From: Macrostomum lignano
Lineage: Eukaryota
Length of the DNA stretch: 64,000 bases
NCBI GenBank assembly: GCA_002269645.1
Contig: NIVC01003245.1
Span: 1 to 64,000, forward strand
Reading direction: 5' to 3'
Below are positions 12,355 through 24,556 of the stretch, piece after piece. The position numbers and the translations under genes are program-made. The notes under the pieces were generated by a model. It did not search any database and was not told the origin of the DNA. It worked only from the letters and a program-made list of their open reading frames with translations. Numbering within the stretch: position 1 is the first letter of the stretch; the number at the start of each line of letters is the position of its first letter.

Positions 12355-15300
12355 TCAAGCCTCCTCGTTACTTTCGTGAGGCGTCTCCGCAGCCTCAGCC
12401 TCCTCCGACTCAACATTCTCGTCGAAAACGGACAGGTCCGAGTTGGCCGTGGACTCCGAGCTGATGAGGTTTTTGGCTTTGCCGCGGCCAACCGCCGCTG
12501 GCCCGGCGCCCGGCCGAGATCCTGGATACGTGTACGGATCGGAGATCATGCGCAGCAGCGAGTTGCGCCGGAGCCGCTTCTGCTCCTGGCTCACGCCGAC
12601 GCCCAGATCGCTGTCCTCAACTTTGACCCCGGTTGACAGGCTCTCCAGACTGCGCCGCACCGACTCCTCGTTCGTGTCGCCGGAATCGTCGGCTGTAGCG
12701 GCCGCGGCAGCCGACGAGTCCTGCTTGGCTGCGTCGCTTAGCGAGTCCTTCGGGATTTTCGAGATTTTTTGCAGAATTTTTTAATTATAACTCTTATTGA
12801 AAAAAGTCTACCTATAATTGATTCAATGTGCTGCTTTTATGGTGTGAAGTTCCAATGGTTTTAGATTGTGATAATCAGGTGCTTTGTAAGTTTTAGCGTA
12901 ATGTTTTTATTGCCACAGGGAACTGGGCGCTGCAGCAAGTCTCTTTCCTGAGGACTGAGAGCTTACCTAGGAGGGCCGCAAAGGGGGGGGGCGTAGCCCA
13001 GCGGTAGCGCAGGCTCTGGTGTGCCAGCGACCCAGGCTCGATTCCAAGTGCAGTCACATTAATTTGGGGCTGAATTGGAATCTCGGCTTGGCTCTGCTCG
13101 TGCAATTAACGGCCTTGAGAGCCAACCCCCCCCCAAGGCGCAGTGAAGTGTACATGCCTAACGATAATATAAAGTTTGGGCTTTCACAAGATGGAATCAG
13201 GGGTCGCCACGCGAGATCACCCAGACCCGTGTTTTCGATGTGCTTTGTTAGTTTTTGTGCTCCGGAGTTTTGCAATAGTTTACCAAGATAAATCACACGT
13301 GAAAGTGAAGTTAGAAGTGAGCCCAGGCCTGAGTCACCTGGTTGAGCGATTTTGAGTTCCGCATTCTTCCCTGCCCCGTCCGGACCTGCGCCTCGCCCTC
13401 GCCGGCTCCGCCACAGCCTCCAGCACTGCCGCTTTCCTCGCCGCCGTCGCCGCCTTCGCCAGCATCGCCGACGTCCTCCTCCTGCTCAATGTCCACCTCC
13501 TTAGTGATGGAGTTCCTGAAGGCCTGCTTAGTCCACATGTTCAACGTCTTGATGGTTGTCGAGATCTCGTCGGCGTGGGTCTTGATGACGTTCCAAGCGT
13601 AGAACACGTCCTCCTCTTTGGCGTGCTCGGAGCACAGCGCGAAGCGGATGATGTACTGGCCCTTGACGGTGGCCGGGATCATGTGCAGCTTGCCGCTGTC
13701 GTTGATCTGCCGGATCAGGTACTGCGTCAGCGCGTTCGAGTCCTGGATGGTTGAGAGTGAAATGCGAGGGATCTGAGCTGGTAAGATGATGATCTGGATA
13801 TGCGCACTGGACACAATCTGGATATGCGCACTGGACACAATCTGGATATGCACACTCGGACACAATCTGGATATGCGCACTGGACACAATCTGGATATGC
13901 GCACTGGACACAATCTGGATATGCACACTCGGACACAATCTGGATATGCACACTGGACACAATCTGGATATACACACTGGACACAATCTGGATATGCGCA
14001 CTGGACACAATCTGGATATGCACACTGGACACGTTTTGCGAGATGGCGGCCCCAGTCTCACCTTCCAGCGGAAGCACACCAGCCCAAAGTGCACCTGGCC
14101 AACCAGTTCGAAGCGGTTGTCTCGCTTCACCTGCGACTCGAACAGCTTTGCCAGCATACAGTGCTGCGGGTTCGAATGTTGAAGCCGTGTTAAAATGCAT
14201 TGAGTCAGAAAAAAGCAATCAAAACTAAGTTTTAATCCCTAATTTTGGACTCACATTGCGAATGTAACGTCGAAGACCTTCGACACCGTAGGAGCGGATG
14301 ACGAACCAGACCTTCAGGGAGCGGAACCGCCGGCTCAGCGGGATGCCCCAGTGGCGGAAGTCGACAACATTGCCTGTAATGACAGTTTGAAGGACAGATG
14401 GCCCAGCTCGGTCAGTGAGGGATCAGAGAGGCAGGGATCAGAGAGGCAGGGATCAGAGAGGCAGGGATCAGAGAGGCAGGGATCAGAGAGGCAGGGATCA
14501 GAGAGGCAGGGATCAGAGAGGCAGGGATCAGAGAGGCAGGGATCAGAAAGGCAGGGATCAGAGAGGCAGGGATCAGAAAGGCAGGGATCAGAAAGGCAGG
14601 GATCAGAGAGGCAGGGATCAGAGTGTCGCAGCTCACTGGAGTGCTTGTGCTGCAGGTAGACGGGGTCAACAATCATGGAGCTGGTCAGCTTCTCCTTGTC
14701 TCGAACCCTGAAATAGAGTTTGCAGCAAGTCACAAACTGCCATGAAACACATAAATGAATTAACAAATTTTAATAGTAGCTTTTTGCGCACCACAGCACG
14801 CTGCAGTCGAAGTTAATAAGCATCCACTTGTTCGGGTTGAAGTTGTAGGAGTCAACGTTCTGAATAATACAAGCATTGGGCATTTGTTAAGCGATATCCT
14901 CACAGTAAGACTCATAAGATTTGAATATAACATAATACCATTTTGAAGACAAGTACCAATTTCAAATAGAGATATTACAACATTTTAACCCGAGTTTAAT
15001 CCGACTATAATCGGGGGCGCCAACTTCATAACGGGAGGGGTGCGCTAATTCATACCGCGAGAGGGGGCGCCAAGTTCATACCCGGTGGGGCGCCAAGTTC
15101 ATACCCGGTAGAACGCCAAGTTCATACCCGGTAGAACGCCAAGTTCATACCCGGTAGAACGCCAAGTTCATACCCGGTGGGGCGCCAAGTTCATACCCGG
15201 TAGAACGCCAAGTTCATACCCGGTAGAACGCCAAGTTCATACCCGGTAGAACGCCAAGTTCATACCCGGTAGAACGCCAAGTTCATACCCGGTAGAACGC

Positions 15301-18300
15301 CAAGTTCATACCCGGTAGAACGCCAAGTTCATACCCGGTGGGGCGCCAAGTTCATACCCGGTAGAACGCCAAGTTCATACCCGGTAGAACGCCAAGTTCA
15401 TACCCGGTAGAACGCCAAGTTCATACCCGGTGGGGCGCCAAGTTCATACCCGGTAGAACGCCAAGTTCATACCCGGTAGAACGCCAAGTTCATACCCGGT
15501 AGAACGCCAAGTTCATACCCGGTAGAACGCCAAGTTCATACCCGGTAGAACGCCAAGTTCATACCCGGTAGAACGCCAAGTTCATACCCGGTAGAACGCC
15601 AAGTTCATACCCGGTAGAACGCCAAGTTCATACCCGGTAGAACGCCAAGTTCATACCCGGTAGAACGCCAAGTTCATACCCGGTAGAACGCCAAGTTCAT
15701 ACGTACCGGGGGGGCGCCAACTTCACACCAATTCCAAGGAAGATTCCCAAAGAAAAAAGCACAGTTTGACCCTCCTGGAGACCTCAACGCCGCGCAAGAA
15801 GTAGGTCAGCTCCTCGCAGATGAAGGCGCTACCGGCGTAAGCCGCGTCCACGTGGCACCAGAGGCCCTCGCGCTGGCAGACCTGGGTGATGCTCTCCAGG
15901 TCGTCGCATGAGGCGCAGGCCGTGGTGCCGAGGACGGCGCAGACCTGTCAATCAAAATGAGTGACACAAAAAGTTGAGTTCTGAAAATAGAAGCAAATTA
16001 AATCAAATCAACTTAAATGGCTAATATATCCGTGTGGAATCGCTAATCTATCCATGTGGAATCGCTAATCTATCCATGTGGAATCGGTAATCTATCAATG
16101 AGGGATTGCTAATCTATCCATTAGGGATGGCTAATCTATCCATGTTGGATTGCTAATCTATCCGTGTGGGATTGCTAATCTATCCGTGTGGGATTGCTAA
16201 TCTATCCGTGTGGGATTGCTCATCTATCCGTGTGGGATTGCTAATCTATCCATGTGGAATCGGTAATCTATCAATGAGGGATTGCTAATCTATCCATTAG
16301 GGATGGCTAATCTATCCATGTTGGATTGCTAATCTATCCGTGTGGGATTGCTAATCTATCCGTGTGGGATTGCTAATCTATCCGTGTGGGATTGCTCATC
16401 TATCCGTGTGGGATTGCTAATCTATCCGTGTGGGATTGCTAATCTATCCGTGTGGGATTGCTAATCTATTCGTGTGGGATTGCTAATCTATCCACCCGAG
16501 TGCATCTGCAGTCCGCTAATCTCATTCCAAAGACAAGCCCCCAACTGACAAAAAAGGGTATCAGGCCATTCCGCCGATCTTCTTCGATGGCCAGCTGCAG
16601 AGTTCGACCCTGCAGCCCCAGGTCGTCCGGGTGGTAGTCCAGCTGGTGCACCTGGATGCAAGAGATCATGCCGGCCTTCTCAACGCAGCTGTGAGCCAGT
16701 TTTGAGCAGTAGGCCACTAGTCGGGATAAAAATTTGCCCTCTTCAAAATCGTTAGCGTGCTCCCGTTTGATCTGGTTGAGCTTGTCCCGGCGGGCGGCGA
16801 GCATGGTCACCAGGATGGAGTCGCTGGCGGAGCCCTGCCGAGCAGAAAATGCATAGTAAGCTACTGATTTAGTGAGTAGGCTACGAGTGTATTGAAAGTA
16901 TTTCCTGAAACTTTTATTGGAAAAAGATAAAATTGAAAATGAAATATTCGGAAGGGGTCCCGGGCTAGCGCATTCACTGGCAGACCTGCAAGTTAAGCAG
17001 GTCTGGTTATGGTTAGTACGCAACTGAATAGGCGGCTTGTGTCGCGTCTCAAGACAGCCAATTGAGGAAGCATTTCGTCCAATCAATGAATCGAAGGTTC
17101 CTAACCGGAAGTTTTCCCAATCGAAGGTTCCTAACCGGAATTTTTCCCAATCGAAGGTTCCTAACCGGAAGCTTATCCAATGAAAGGTTCCTAGCCGGAA
17201 GCTTATCCAATGAAAGGTTCCTAACCGGAAGCTTATCCAATGAAAGGTTCCTAGCCGGAAGCTTATCCAATGAAAGGTTTCTAGCCGGAAGCTTATCCAA
17301 TGAAAGGTTCCTAGCCGGAAGCTTATCCAATGAAATGTTCCTAGCCGGAAGCTAATCCAATGAATGGTTCCCAACCGGAAGCTTTTAAAGCAGAAGAGTT
17401 GCCAGTGTATTTATACTTACTGATAACCGAAGTCCTACTTTTACTACTCAGAACGGTATTTAGTAATCACAGAAGCATTTTACCAGCTGTTTTTAAAGAG
17501 CAAACCTGCATAACCCCGCCGCCAAGGCCGCTCTCGTGCTGGAAATGATGCGGCATGTGCGTCATCTTGGCCAGCCAGTCCAGCACCAGCATCTCCAGCT
17601 CGGCGCAGGCTGGCGACGCCGCCCAGGAGAAGCCAACAATGCCCAGGGCGTCGCCCAGCATCCCGCCCATGATGGAGGGGTACGCGTTGCCGGCTGGGAA
17701 GTAGGCGTGGAACCGCGGGTGCTGCCAGTGAGTCACCTGGGTGTTGAGCAACGGTTAATCAGAACTTTAGTATTGAAAGAAATCGATGCTCAACAGACAC
17801 TTGGGCAAATGGTCGGTGGGGAGAGCAGCTAAAATGAGTCCCTTTGGGGCTAAATTAAGTGCCTGCGGTGCCAAAATGAGAGCCTGCGGCGCCAAAATAA
17901 GTACCTGCGGCGCTAAAATGAGTGCCTGCGGCGCTAAAATGAGTGCCTGCTGTGGCGCCAAAATGAGTGCATGCGGAGCCAAAATGAGTGCCTGCGGCGC
18001 CAAAATGAGTGCCTGCGGCGCCAAAATGAGTGCCTGCGGCGCCAAAATGAGTGCCTGCGGCGCCAAAATGAGTGCCTGCGGCGCCAAAATGAGTGCCTGC
18101 GGCGCCAAAATGAGTGCCTGCAGCGCTAAAATGAGTGCCTGCGGCGCTAAAATGAGTGCCTGCAGCGCAAAAATGAGTGCCTGCGGCGCTAAAATGAGTG
18201 CCTGCTGCGCAAAAATGAGTGCCTGCGGCGCCAAAATGAGTGCCTGCGGCGCCAAAATGAGTGCATGCGGAGCCAAATGAGTGCCTGCGGCGCCAAAATG

Positions 18301-18920
18301 AGTGCCTGCTGCGCAAAAATGAGTGCCTGCGGCGCCAAAATGGGTGCCTGCGGCGCAAAAATGAGTGCCTGCGGCGCCAAAATGAGTGCCTGCGGCGCTA
18401 AAATGAGAGCTGACAGTGCCAATACTGAAAATAATGTACATGTAGAATTCTTGGCTCTGTCCTCCCTCCCGCCATAAAATGCATGGCGACGCCCCTGCTT
18501 GTATGTGCTCAGTGTCAGCTCTGGTTGCGGGTCAACGTCGCACCAGGTTGCCCACAGCTCTCCTGCGAATATTTTATTTCTTATTATGCTTTCACAAAGG
18601 ACAGGGTGCTCCATAAACAGTATTGAAGAGGGTGACCCATGGGCAATTGCTTTAGTCAATGAAATCGCAGGAATGATGCCCAAGAAATGACAACTCGGTG
18701 TTTCAAACCTAGAACTCACCCCTCGCATCACGTGATCCTCCACGTCCTTCATGATGCTCTCCCAGGCCTCGGGCTGCTCCGGCGGAATTGCCGGCAGCGA
18801 CAAGCGCAGGTAGCCCGGCTGCACATCCGGGATGACCTGGCGCTCCTGCAGGGACTTCATGTAGTCGCAGATGTAGTCCACCATGTCCTTGCCGTGCTTG
18901 CGAAATTCTTCAACATCCAT
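12355..18920 (-). CDS. Tdc: Tyrosine decarboxylase-like group II PLP decarboxylase, 10 exons: 18920-18720, 17736-17506, 16834-16550, 15944-15783, 14859-14792, 14707-14637, 14373-14255, 14163-14062, 13742-13338, about 12720 (or 12747)-12355; about 670 aa
   Basis: All introns GT..AG with consistent phases. Motifs [54 protein letters not shown]-lysine motif [31 protein letters not shown] and C-terminal [29 protein letters not shown] and the RMxSDP tail fit invertebrate TDC better than DDC (NPHKW, LGRR) or HDC (NPSKW). The last acceptor and the exon 4 and 9 donors are less certain. Confidence 0.92.
12982..13050 (+). mobile_element. tRNA-derived SINE head fragment in Tdc intron 9
   Basis: A-box-like TAGCCCAGCGG and B-box-like GGCTCGATTCC at tRNA-like spacing; no complete cloverleaf. 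Confidence 0.5.
13792..14032. repeat. 24/25-bp minisatellite in Tdc intron 8 (CTGGATATGCGCACTGGACACAAT)
   Basis: About 10 tandem copies. Confidence 0.96.
14419..14623. repeat. 15-bp minisatellite in Tdc intron 6 (GCAGGGATCAGAGAG)
   Basis: About 13 tandem copies. Confidence 0.96.
15063..15725. repeat. 23-bp minisatellite in Tdc intron 4 (CGCCAAGTTCATACCCGGTAGAA)
   Basis: About 28 copies with two variants (TAGAA and TGGGG). Confidence 0.96.
16020..16493. repeat. 22-bp minisatellite in Tdc intron 3 (TGCTAATCTATCCGTGTGGGAT)
   Basis: About 21 copies, with an internal duplicated block of variants. Confidence 0.95.
17079..17402. repeat. 30-bp minisatellite in Tdc intron 2 (AATGAAAGGTTCCTAGCCGGAAGCTTATCC)
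   Basis: About 10 copies; explains the [10 protein letters not shown] repeats in ORF 16466..17374. Confidence 0.95.
17830..18407. repeat. 21-bp minisatellite in Tdc intron 1 (GAGTGCCTGCGGCGCCAAAAT)
   Basis: About 27 copies. Confidence 0.96.
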
Positions 18921-19483
18921 GGCTGCGGTCGGTCGGTTCGGAGTCTTGGCTGAGTTGCCGCTCAGTGTCTGAGGAGGAACTGGTGAGGTTCCTCCCGGCC
19001 TCATTCACCGAATTTATTCCCTTCTCCCAAGCCGGAACCCCAGTCTCCATGCGAAGCCAATTTCAGGCGAGCTCAGACAACTCGGCGAAATTTTCATTCG
19101 GCCCGTCAATTGCAGCTGGCCTCACACTTGACTTCACTTTGAAGTCTTCTAGGACTCAAGGATGGGACCATGGTGTGGGATCAGTGTGAAATCCCGGCCT
19201 CATTTCACTGCCGCCCATCAAACCCCATCTGAGGGAGAGCTAATTTGCAGCTTCCCTTCATGAGGAATTGATGGAGATGTAGAGAACTGGCCGACAAAAT
19301 TTTCGATTTATTTTTCAGCTAAGTTTTGGTTAGTTTTACTTTGATTTAGACTTTTTACATTATAATTTATCATGGGTGATAATCAGCTACGAACCTGTAA
19401 GAGTTCAGGAAAGCCCCCAGGTGCTTGAACTTTTCATAGCTCTGATAATTAATGAGTGTATGAGAATTGCAGGGCTACAGATG

Positions 19484-20915
19484 GGCCGGGCGCCAGCTAC
19501 AGAAGGGGGCGCCAGCTACAGAAGGGGGCGCCAGCTACGGAAGGGGGCCCCAGCTACAGAGGGGGCGCCAGCTACAGAAGGGGGCGCCAGCTACAGAAGG
19601 GGGCGCCAGCTACAGAAGGGGGCGCCAGCTACAGAAGGGGGCGCCAGCTACAGAAGGGGGCGCCAGCTACAGATAGGCCGGGCGCCAGCTACAGAAGGGG
19701 GCGCCAGCTACAGAAGGGGGCACAGCTACAGAAGGGGGCGCCAGCTACAGAAGGGGGCGCCAGCTACAGAAGGGGGCGCCAGCTACAGAAGGGGGCGCCA
19801 GCTACAGAAGGGGGCGCCAGCTACAGAAGGGGGCACAGCTACAGAAGGGGGCGCCAGCTACAGAAGGGGGCGCCAGCTACAGAAGGGGGCGCCAGCTACA
19901 GAAGGGGGCGCCAGCTACAGAAGGGGGCGCCAGCTACAGAAGGGGGCGCCAGCTACAGATAGGCCGGGCGCCAGCTACAGAAGGGGGCGCCAGCTACAGA
20001 TAGGCCTGGCGCCAGCTACAGAAGGGGGCGCCAGCTACAGAAGGGGACGCCAGCTACAGAAGGGGGCGCCAGCTACAGAGGGGGCGCCAGCTACAGAAGG
20101 GGGCGCCAGCTACAGATAGGCCTGGCGCCAGCTACAGAAGGGGGTGCCAGCTACAGAAGAGGACGCCAGCTACAGAAGGGGGCGCCAGCTACAGAGGGGG
20201 CGCCAGCTACAGAAGGGGGCGCCAGCTACAGAAGGGGGCGCCAGCTACAGATAGGCCGGGCGCCAGCTACAGAAGGGGGCGCCAGCTACAGAAGGGGGCG
20301 CCAGCTACAGATAGGCCGGGCGCCAGCTACAGAAGGGGGCGCCAGCTACAGAAGGGGGCGCCAGCTACAGATAGGCCGGGCGCCAGCTACAGAAGGGGGC
20401 GCCAGCTACAGAGGGGGCGCCAGCTACATAAGGGGGCGCCAGCTAAAGAAAAGGGGCGCCAGCTACAGATGGGCCGGGCGCCAGCTACGGAAGGGGGCGC
20501 CAGCTACAGAAGGGGGCGCCAGCTACGGAAGGGGGCGCCAGCTACAGAAGGGGGCGCCAGCTACAGAGGGGGCGCCAGCTACATAAGGGGGCGCCAGCTA
20601 AAGAAAAGGGGCGCCAGCTACAGATGGGCCGGGCGCCAGCTACGGAAGGGGGCGCCAGCTACAGAAGGGGGCGCCAGCTACGGAAGGGGGCGCCAGCTAC
20701 AGAAGGGGGCGCCAGCTACAGAAGGGGGCGCCAGCTACAGAGGGGACGCCAGCTACAGAAGGGGGCACCAGCTACAGAAGGGGGCGCCAGCTACAGAAGC
20801 GGGCGCCAACTATAGACGGGGCGCCAGCTACAGACGGGGCGCCAGCTACAGAAGGGAGCGCCAACTACAGACGGGGCGCCAGCTACAGACGGGGCGCCAG
20901 CTACAGAAGGGCGCC
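19484..20915. repeat. 20-bp GC-rich minisatellite (GGGGGCGCCAGCTACAGAAG) upstream of Tdc
   Basis: About 70 copies with recurring variants (ATAGGCCGGGCGCC). Confidence 0.97.
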
Positions 20916-22011
20916 AAGCCAAGGAACTGCTCAAACACAAGCCTCATATTTCAGTAAAAAACTTACCAGATTTGCAGACAGCCGAGAGAGAGACAAACTT
21001 CAATTCGGATGTGAAAGCGACTTTATTACGAATAAAGAATGCTGGAACATCGCGCTTATTTACAAGAATATTTATACCCCTCATTCAGAAAACATCTTGA
21101 GCTCAAACTCAAATCATTTGCTAACTGTTGGATTGATTGACGTCGCCAGGTGAGAAAAAATCTTGTTAATTATTTCATAAAATCAGGCATCAACCGCTTA
21201 GATTGTGGGACAGACAGCTGCACCCCCTGTCACTCAGGGAGACATCATGAGGTGCAGTCTCAGGTCTCCGTGTGTCATCATCTATATCGCGACTGTCAGG
21301 GCGGCCTAGCTGTCAGTCACGAGAGTGTTCAAAATAAGATTCTCATCTCAAAGTTCGCCCGAACACACCCACCTAAACAATTGAATGTCATGAGAAGCGC
21401 AGCATTTTCATATATGGGACAAACTCGATTAAAAATTGTTTCATTTACTTTTGTTTAGCGAACAAATTGCCTCGTAAATAAGGCGATAATTTTGTTTAAT
21501 CGTTAATAGAACAGAATTACAATTTAAAGAATGTTTTGCTCTCGAGTGCTATCGGCTGTCCAATTCAATAGAAAATATCAGTTTGTTTCGCGTTTATTTA
21601 AATCGGTGCCAATACGAGCCATGCTTTCTAACAAAAATACTGAATGGAAAAGAAACTATATTTTTCTGGTAACTGACGGTCCAGCCTGCGGTCTCAAAGG
21701 AATTCATAGCTAGATGTTATAATAAACTTCGATTAACAAGTTTTTTGTTATTTTTCATTTATATAGACACATTAGACACGGCGAATTTTAATTTTACTAG
21801 GCTAAATACAACGACAACAGACAAAGTGCTTATTAATAGTTTCGTTTAGATGATAATATAAATTATGTGCATTAGAAGCGCTCAGCGCTACTGAAACAAG
21901 TAGTCAGTTATGATAATAATCCGAGTTAAGGGACGGATGCGGTTTAGTACGAGCCGTAAATGCAGCGCAGGTAAGGTTCAGTTTATATATAAAATTCTTA
22001 AGTTACTCCAA

Positions 22012-23378
22012 GACAATCGTCAGTGTAACAAAGACACACAATTGTCAGTTTAACAAAGACACACAATCGTCAGTGTAATAAAGACACACAATCGTCAGTG
22101 TAACAAAGACACACAATCTTCAGTGTAACAAAGACACACAATCTTCAGTGTAACAAAGACACACAATCGTCAGTGTAACAAAGACACACAAACTTCAGTG
22201 TAACAAAAACACAATCGTCAGTGTAACAAAGACACACAATCGTCAGTGTAACAAAGACACTAGTCGTCAGTGTAACAAAGACACAATCGTCAGTGTAACA
22301 AAGACACACAATCGTCAGTGTAACAAAGACACACAATCGTCAGTGTAACAAAGACACACAATCGTCTGTGTAACAAAGACACACAATCGTCAGTGTAACA
22401 AAGACACACAATCGTCAGTGTAACAAAGACACTAGTCGTCAGTGTAACAAAGACACACAATCGTCAGTGTAACAAAGACACACAATCGTCAGTGTAACAA
22501 AGACACACAATCGTCAGTGTAACAAAGACACACAATCGTCAGTGTAACAAAGACACTAGTCGTCAGTGTAACAAAGACACAATCGTCAGTGTAACAAAGA
22601 CACACAATCGTCTGTGTAACAAAGACACACAATCGTCTGTGTAATAAAGACACACAATCGTCAGTGTAACAAAGACACACAATCGTCAGTGTAACAAAGA
22701 CACTAGTCGTCAGTGTAACAAAGACACACAATCGTCAGTGTAACAAAGACACAAAATCGTCAGTGTAACAAAGACACACAATCGTCAGTGTAACAAAGAC
22801 ACACAATCGTCAGTGTAACAAAGACACACAATCGTCTGTGTAACAAAGACACAAAATCGTCAGTGTAACAAAGACACACAATCGTCAGTGTAACAAAGAC
22901 ACACAATCGTCAGTGTAACAAAGACACAATCGTCAGTGTAACAAAGACACACAATCGTCAGTGTAACAAAGACACACAATCGTCAGTGTAACAAAGACAC
23001 ACAATCGTCTGTGTAACAAAGACACACAATCGTCAGTGTAACAAAGACACACAATCGTCTGTGTAACAAAGACACACAATCGTCGGTGTAACAAAGACAC
23101 AATCGTCAGTCTAACAAAGACACACAATCGTCAGTTTAACAAAGACACACAATCTTCAGTGTATAAACAAAGACACACAATCGTCGGTGTAACAAAGACA
23201 CAATCGTCAGTCTAACAAAGACACACAATCGTCAGTTTAACAAAGACACACAATCTTCAGTGTATAAACAAAGACACACAATCGTCAGTGTAACAAAGAC
23301 ACACAATCGTCAGTTTAACAAAGACACACAATCTTCAGTGTATAAACAAAGACACACAATCGTCAGTGTAACAAAGAC
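22012..23378. repeat. 25-bp minisatellite (AATCGTCAGTGTAACAAAGACACAC) just 3' of TMEM138
   Basis: About 55 copies. Confidence 0.97.
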
Positions 23379-23398
23379 CCGAGCTCTAAAAAGTCCAT

Positions 23399-23819
23399 TT
23401 AATCGTTTCTGCGTCGTTCGAATTCGCGACGAAAGAAGGCCGAGTCTTTGTAGAAGCGCTCGTCGCCAAGTCGAAGCAGCGAGCGCTTGTAGATGTAGTA
23501 GTAGAACACGGAAACTGCAAGATTTTTTTTGGGGGCGGAGGGGTAGGAGACATTTAATGTCAGCCAGTTGGTTTGCAAGGGCGACAGCCGGCCGACCCGC
23601 AGCATCCAGCAAGGAGGCCAGCAGCCATGGTCATTCTGCTGACTCCTGAGCACATACAAGCGCGCGCCAATTCTGTACACACGCTCACTCAGGGTGTACA
23701 GCGGCCTTGACTTTCTTTTTTCAGTTATGCACACACGCTGCACTTTAGGGCGGTGATCATATTTTCGTGCAGGCAACCCAAATTAGCGCTGCCTATTGTT
23801 ATCAATTAAAAATTAACAG

Positions 23820-23873
<54 letters not shown>

Positions 23874-24556
23874 AACCCTAAAGTATTCTGGTCGCAATTA
23901 GACTCGAACTCAGGTCCTTTGGCGCACGACATCGATGCGATACCGCCCAGTCTCGATGCAACATTATTGGACTAGCGTTATGAAAAGTACATTAAGAACT
24001 TACAGCCTCTCTGAATAGCGAACAGAGCTGAATAACCGGCAGTTGTCGGTATGTTCGAGATGCTTTCCCAGCGAAGAGTCTAGAAAATGAATTTTGCAGG
24101 TTCAGATTAAGCACGTGAAGCTGTAATTCGGGTTCAATTAATGAAGTTTAGGAAATTTATTGGTTTAGGAAGAGCTCTACCAGGTTCCAGATGTGCAGCC
24201 CGATTGTGAGGCCAAAGTAGATCACGGTGAAGATGATGGTCAGCTTGAATCGATCGATCAGCACTTTGGCCAGGCCGGCCTTGAAAAAATAGGTGCTGAA
24301 GAACTGCAGGAAGATCAGGATGAAGGCAAATAGGATGAACAGGTCCTGGAGGCTGAAATTGTCAAAATGAGGATAGTTTGTTGCTAAACAGTTCAAATAG
24401 AAAACAGTGAAAAAATAGTTCATTCTAAACTTACATGTACAGCACAAGCAGATTCACATTGGATGTGGCCATGTAGTCAACTGCCGAGTTGACAAACACA
24501 TCAAATAAAAGCAGGAGCGCCAACAGCAGAAATGTAAATTGATACCTGGCTAACAT
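23399..24556 (-). CDS. TMEM138: Transmembrane protein 138 (ciliary), 4 exons: 24556-24435, 24352-24181, 24079-24004, 23514-23399; 161 aa
   Basis: Spliced product MLARYQFTFLLLALLLLFDVFVNSAVDYM..ILQDLFILFAFILIFLQFFSTYFFKAGL..FKLTIIFTVIYFGLTIGLHIWNLTLRW..LFAIQRGFSVFYYYIYKRSLLRLGDERFYKDSAFFRREF matches my recollection of human TMEM138 (DLFVNS, IQDIAVLF, FQAGL, LRW, FQR, YKRTAVRLGDPHFYQDS; about 162 aa). All splice sites GT/AG, phases 2, 0, 1 consistent. Confidence 0.93.
23640..23955 (-). mobile_element. SINE-like copy in TMEM138 intron 3: tRNA-like head (23955-23885), (CA)n (23872-23819), body (23725-23640)
   Basis: B-box-like GAGTTCGAGTCT; body segment CAGGGTGTACAGCGGCCTTGACTTTCT shared with the dispersed family at 27.9, 45.9, 60.8 and 61.8 kb. 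Confidence 0.55.

Noticed and set aside
19376-20957. ORFs with GAPATEG / RRGRQLQK repeats
   Set aside because: Products of the 20-bp minisatellite; frames shift with unit-length variants.
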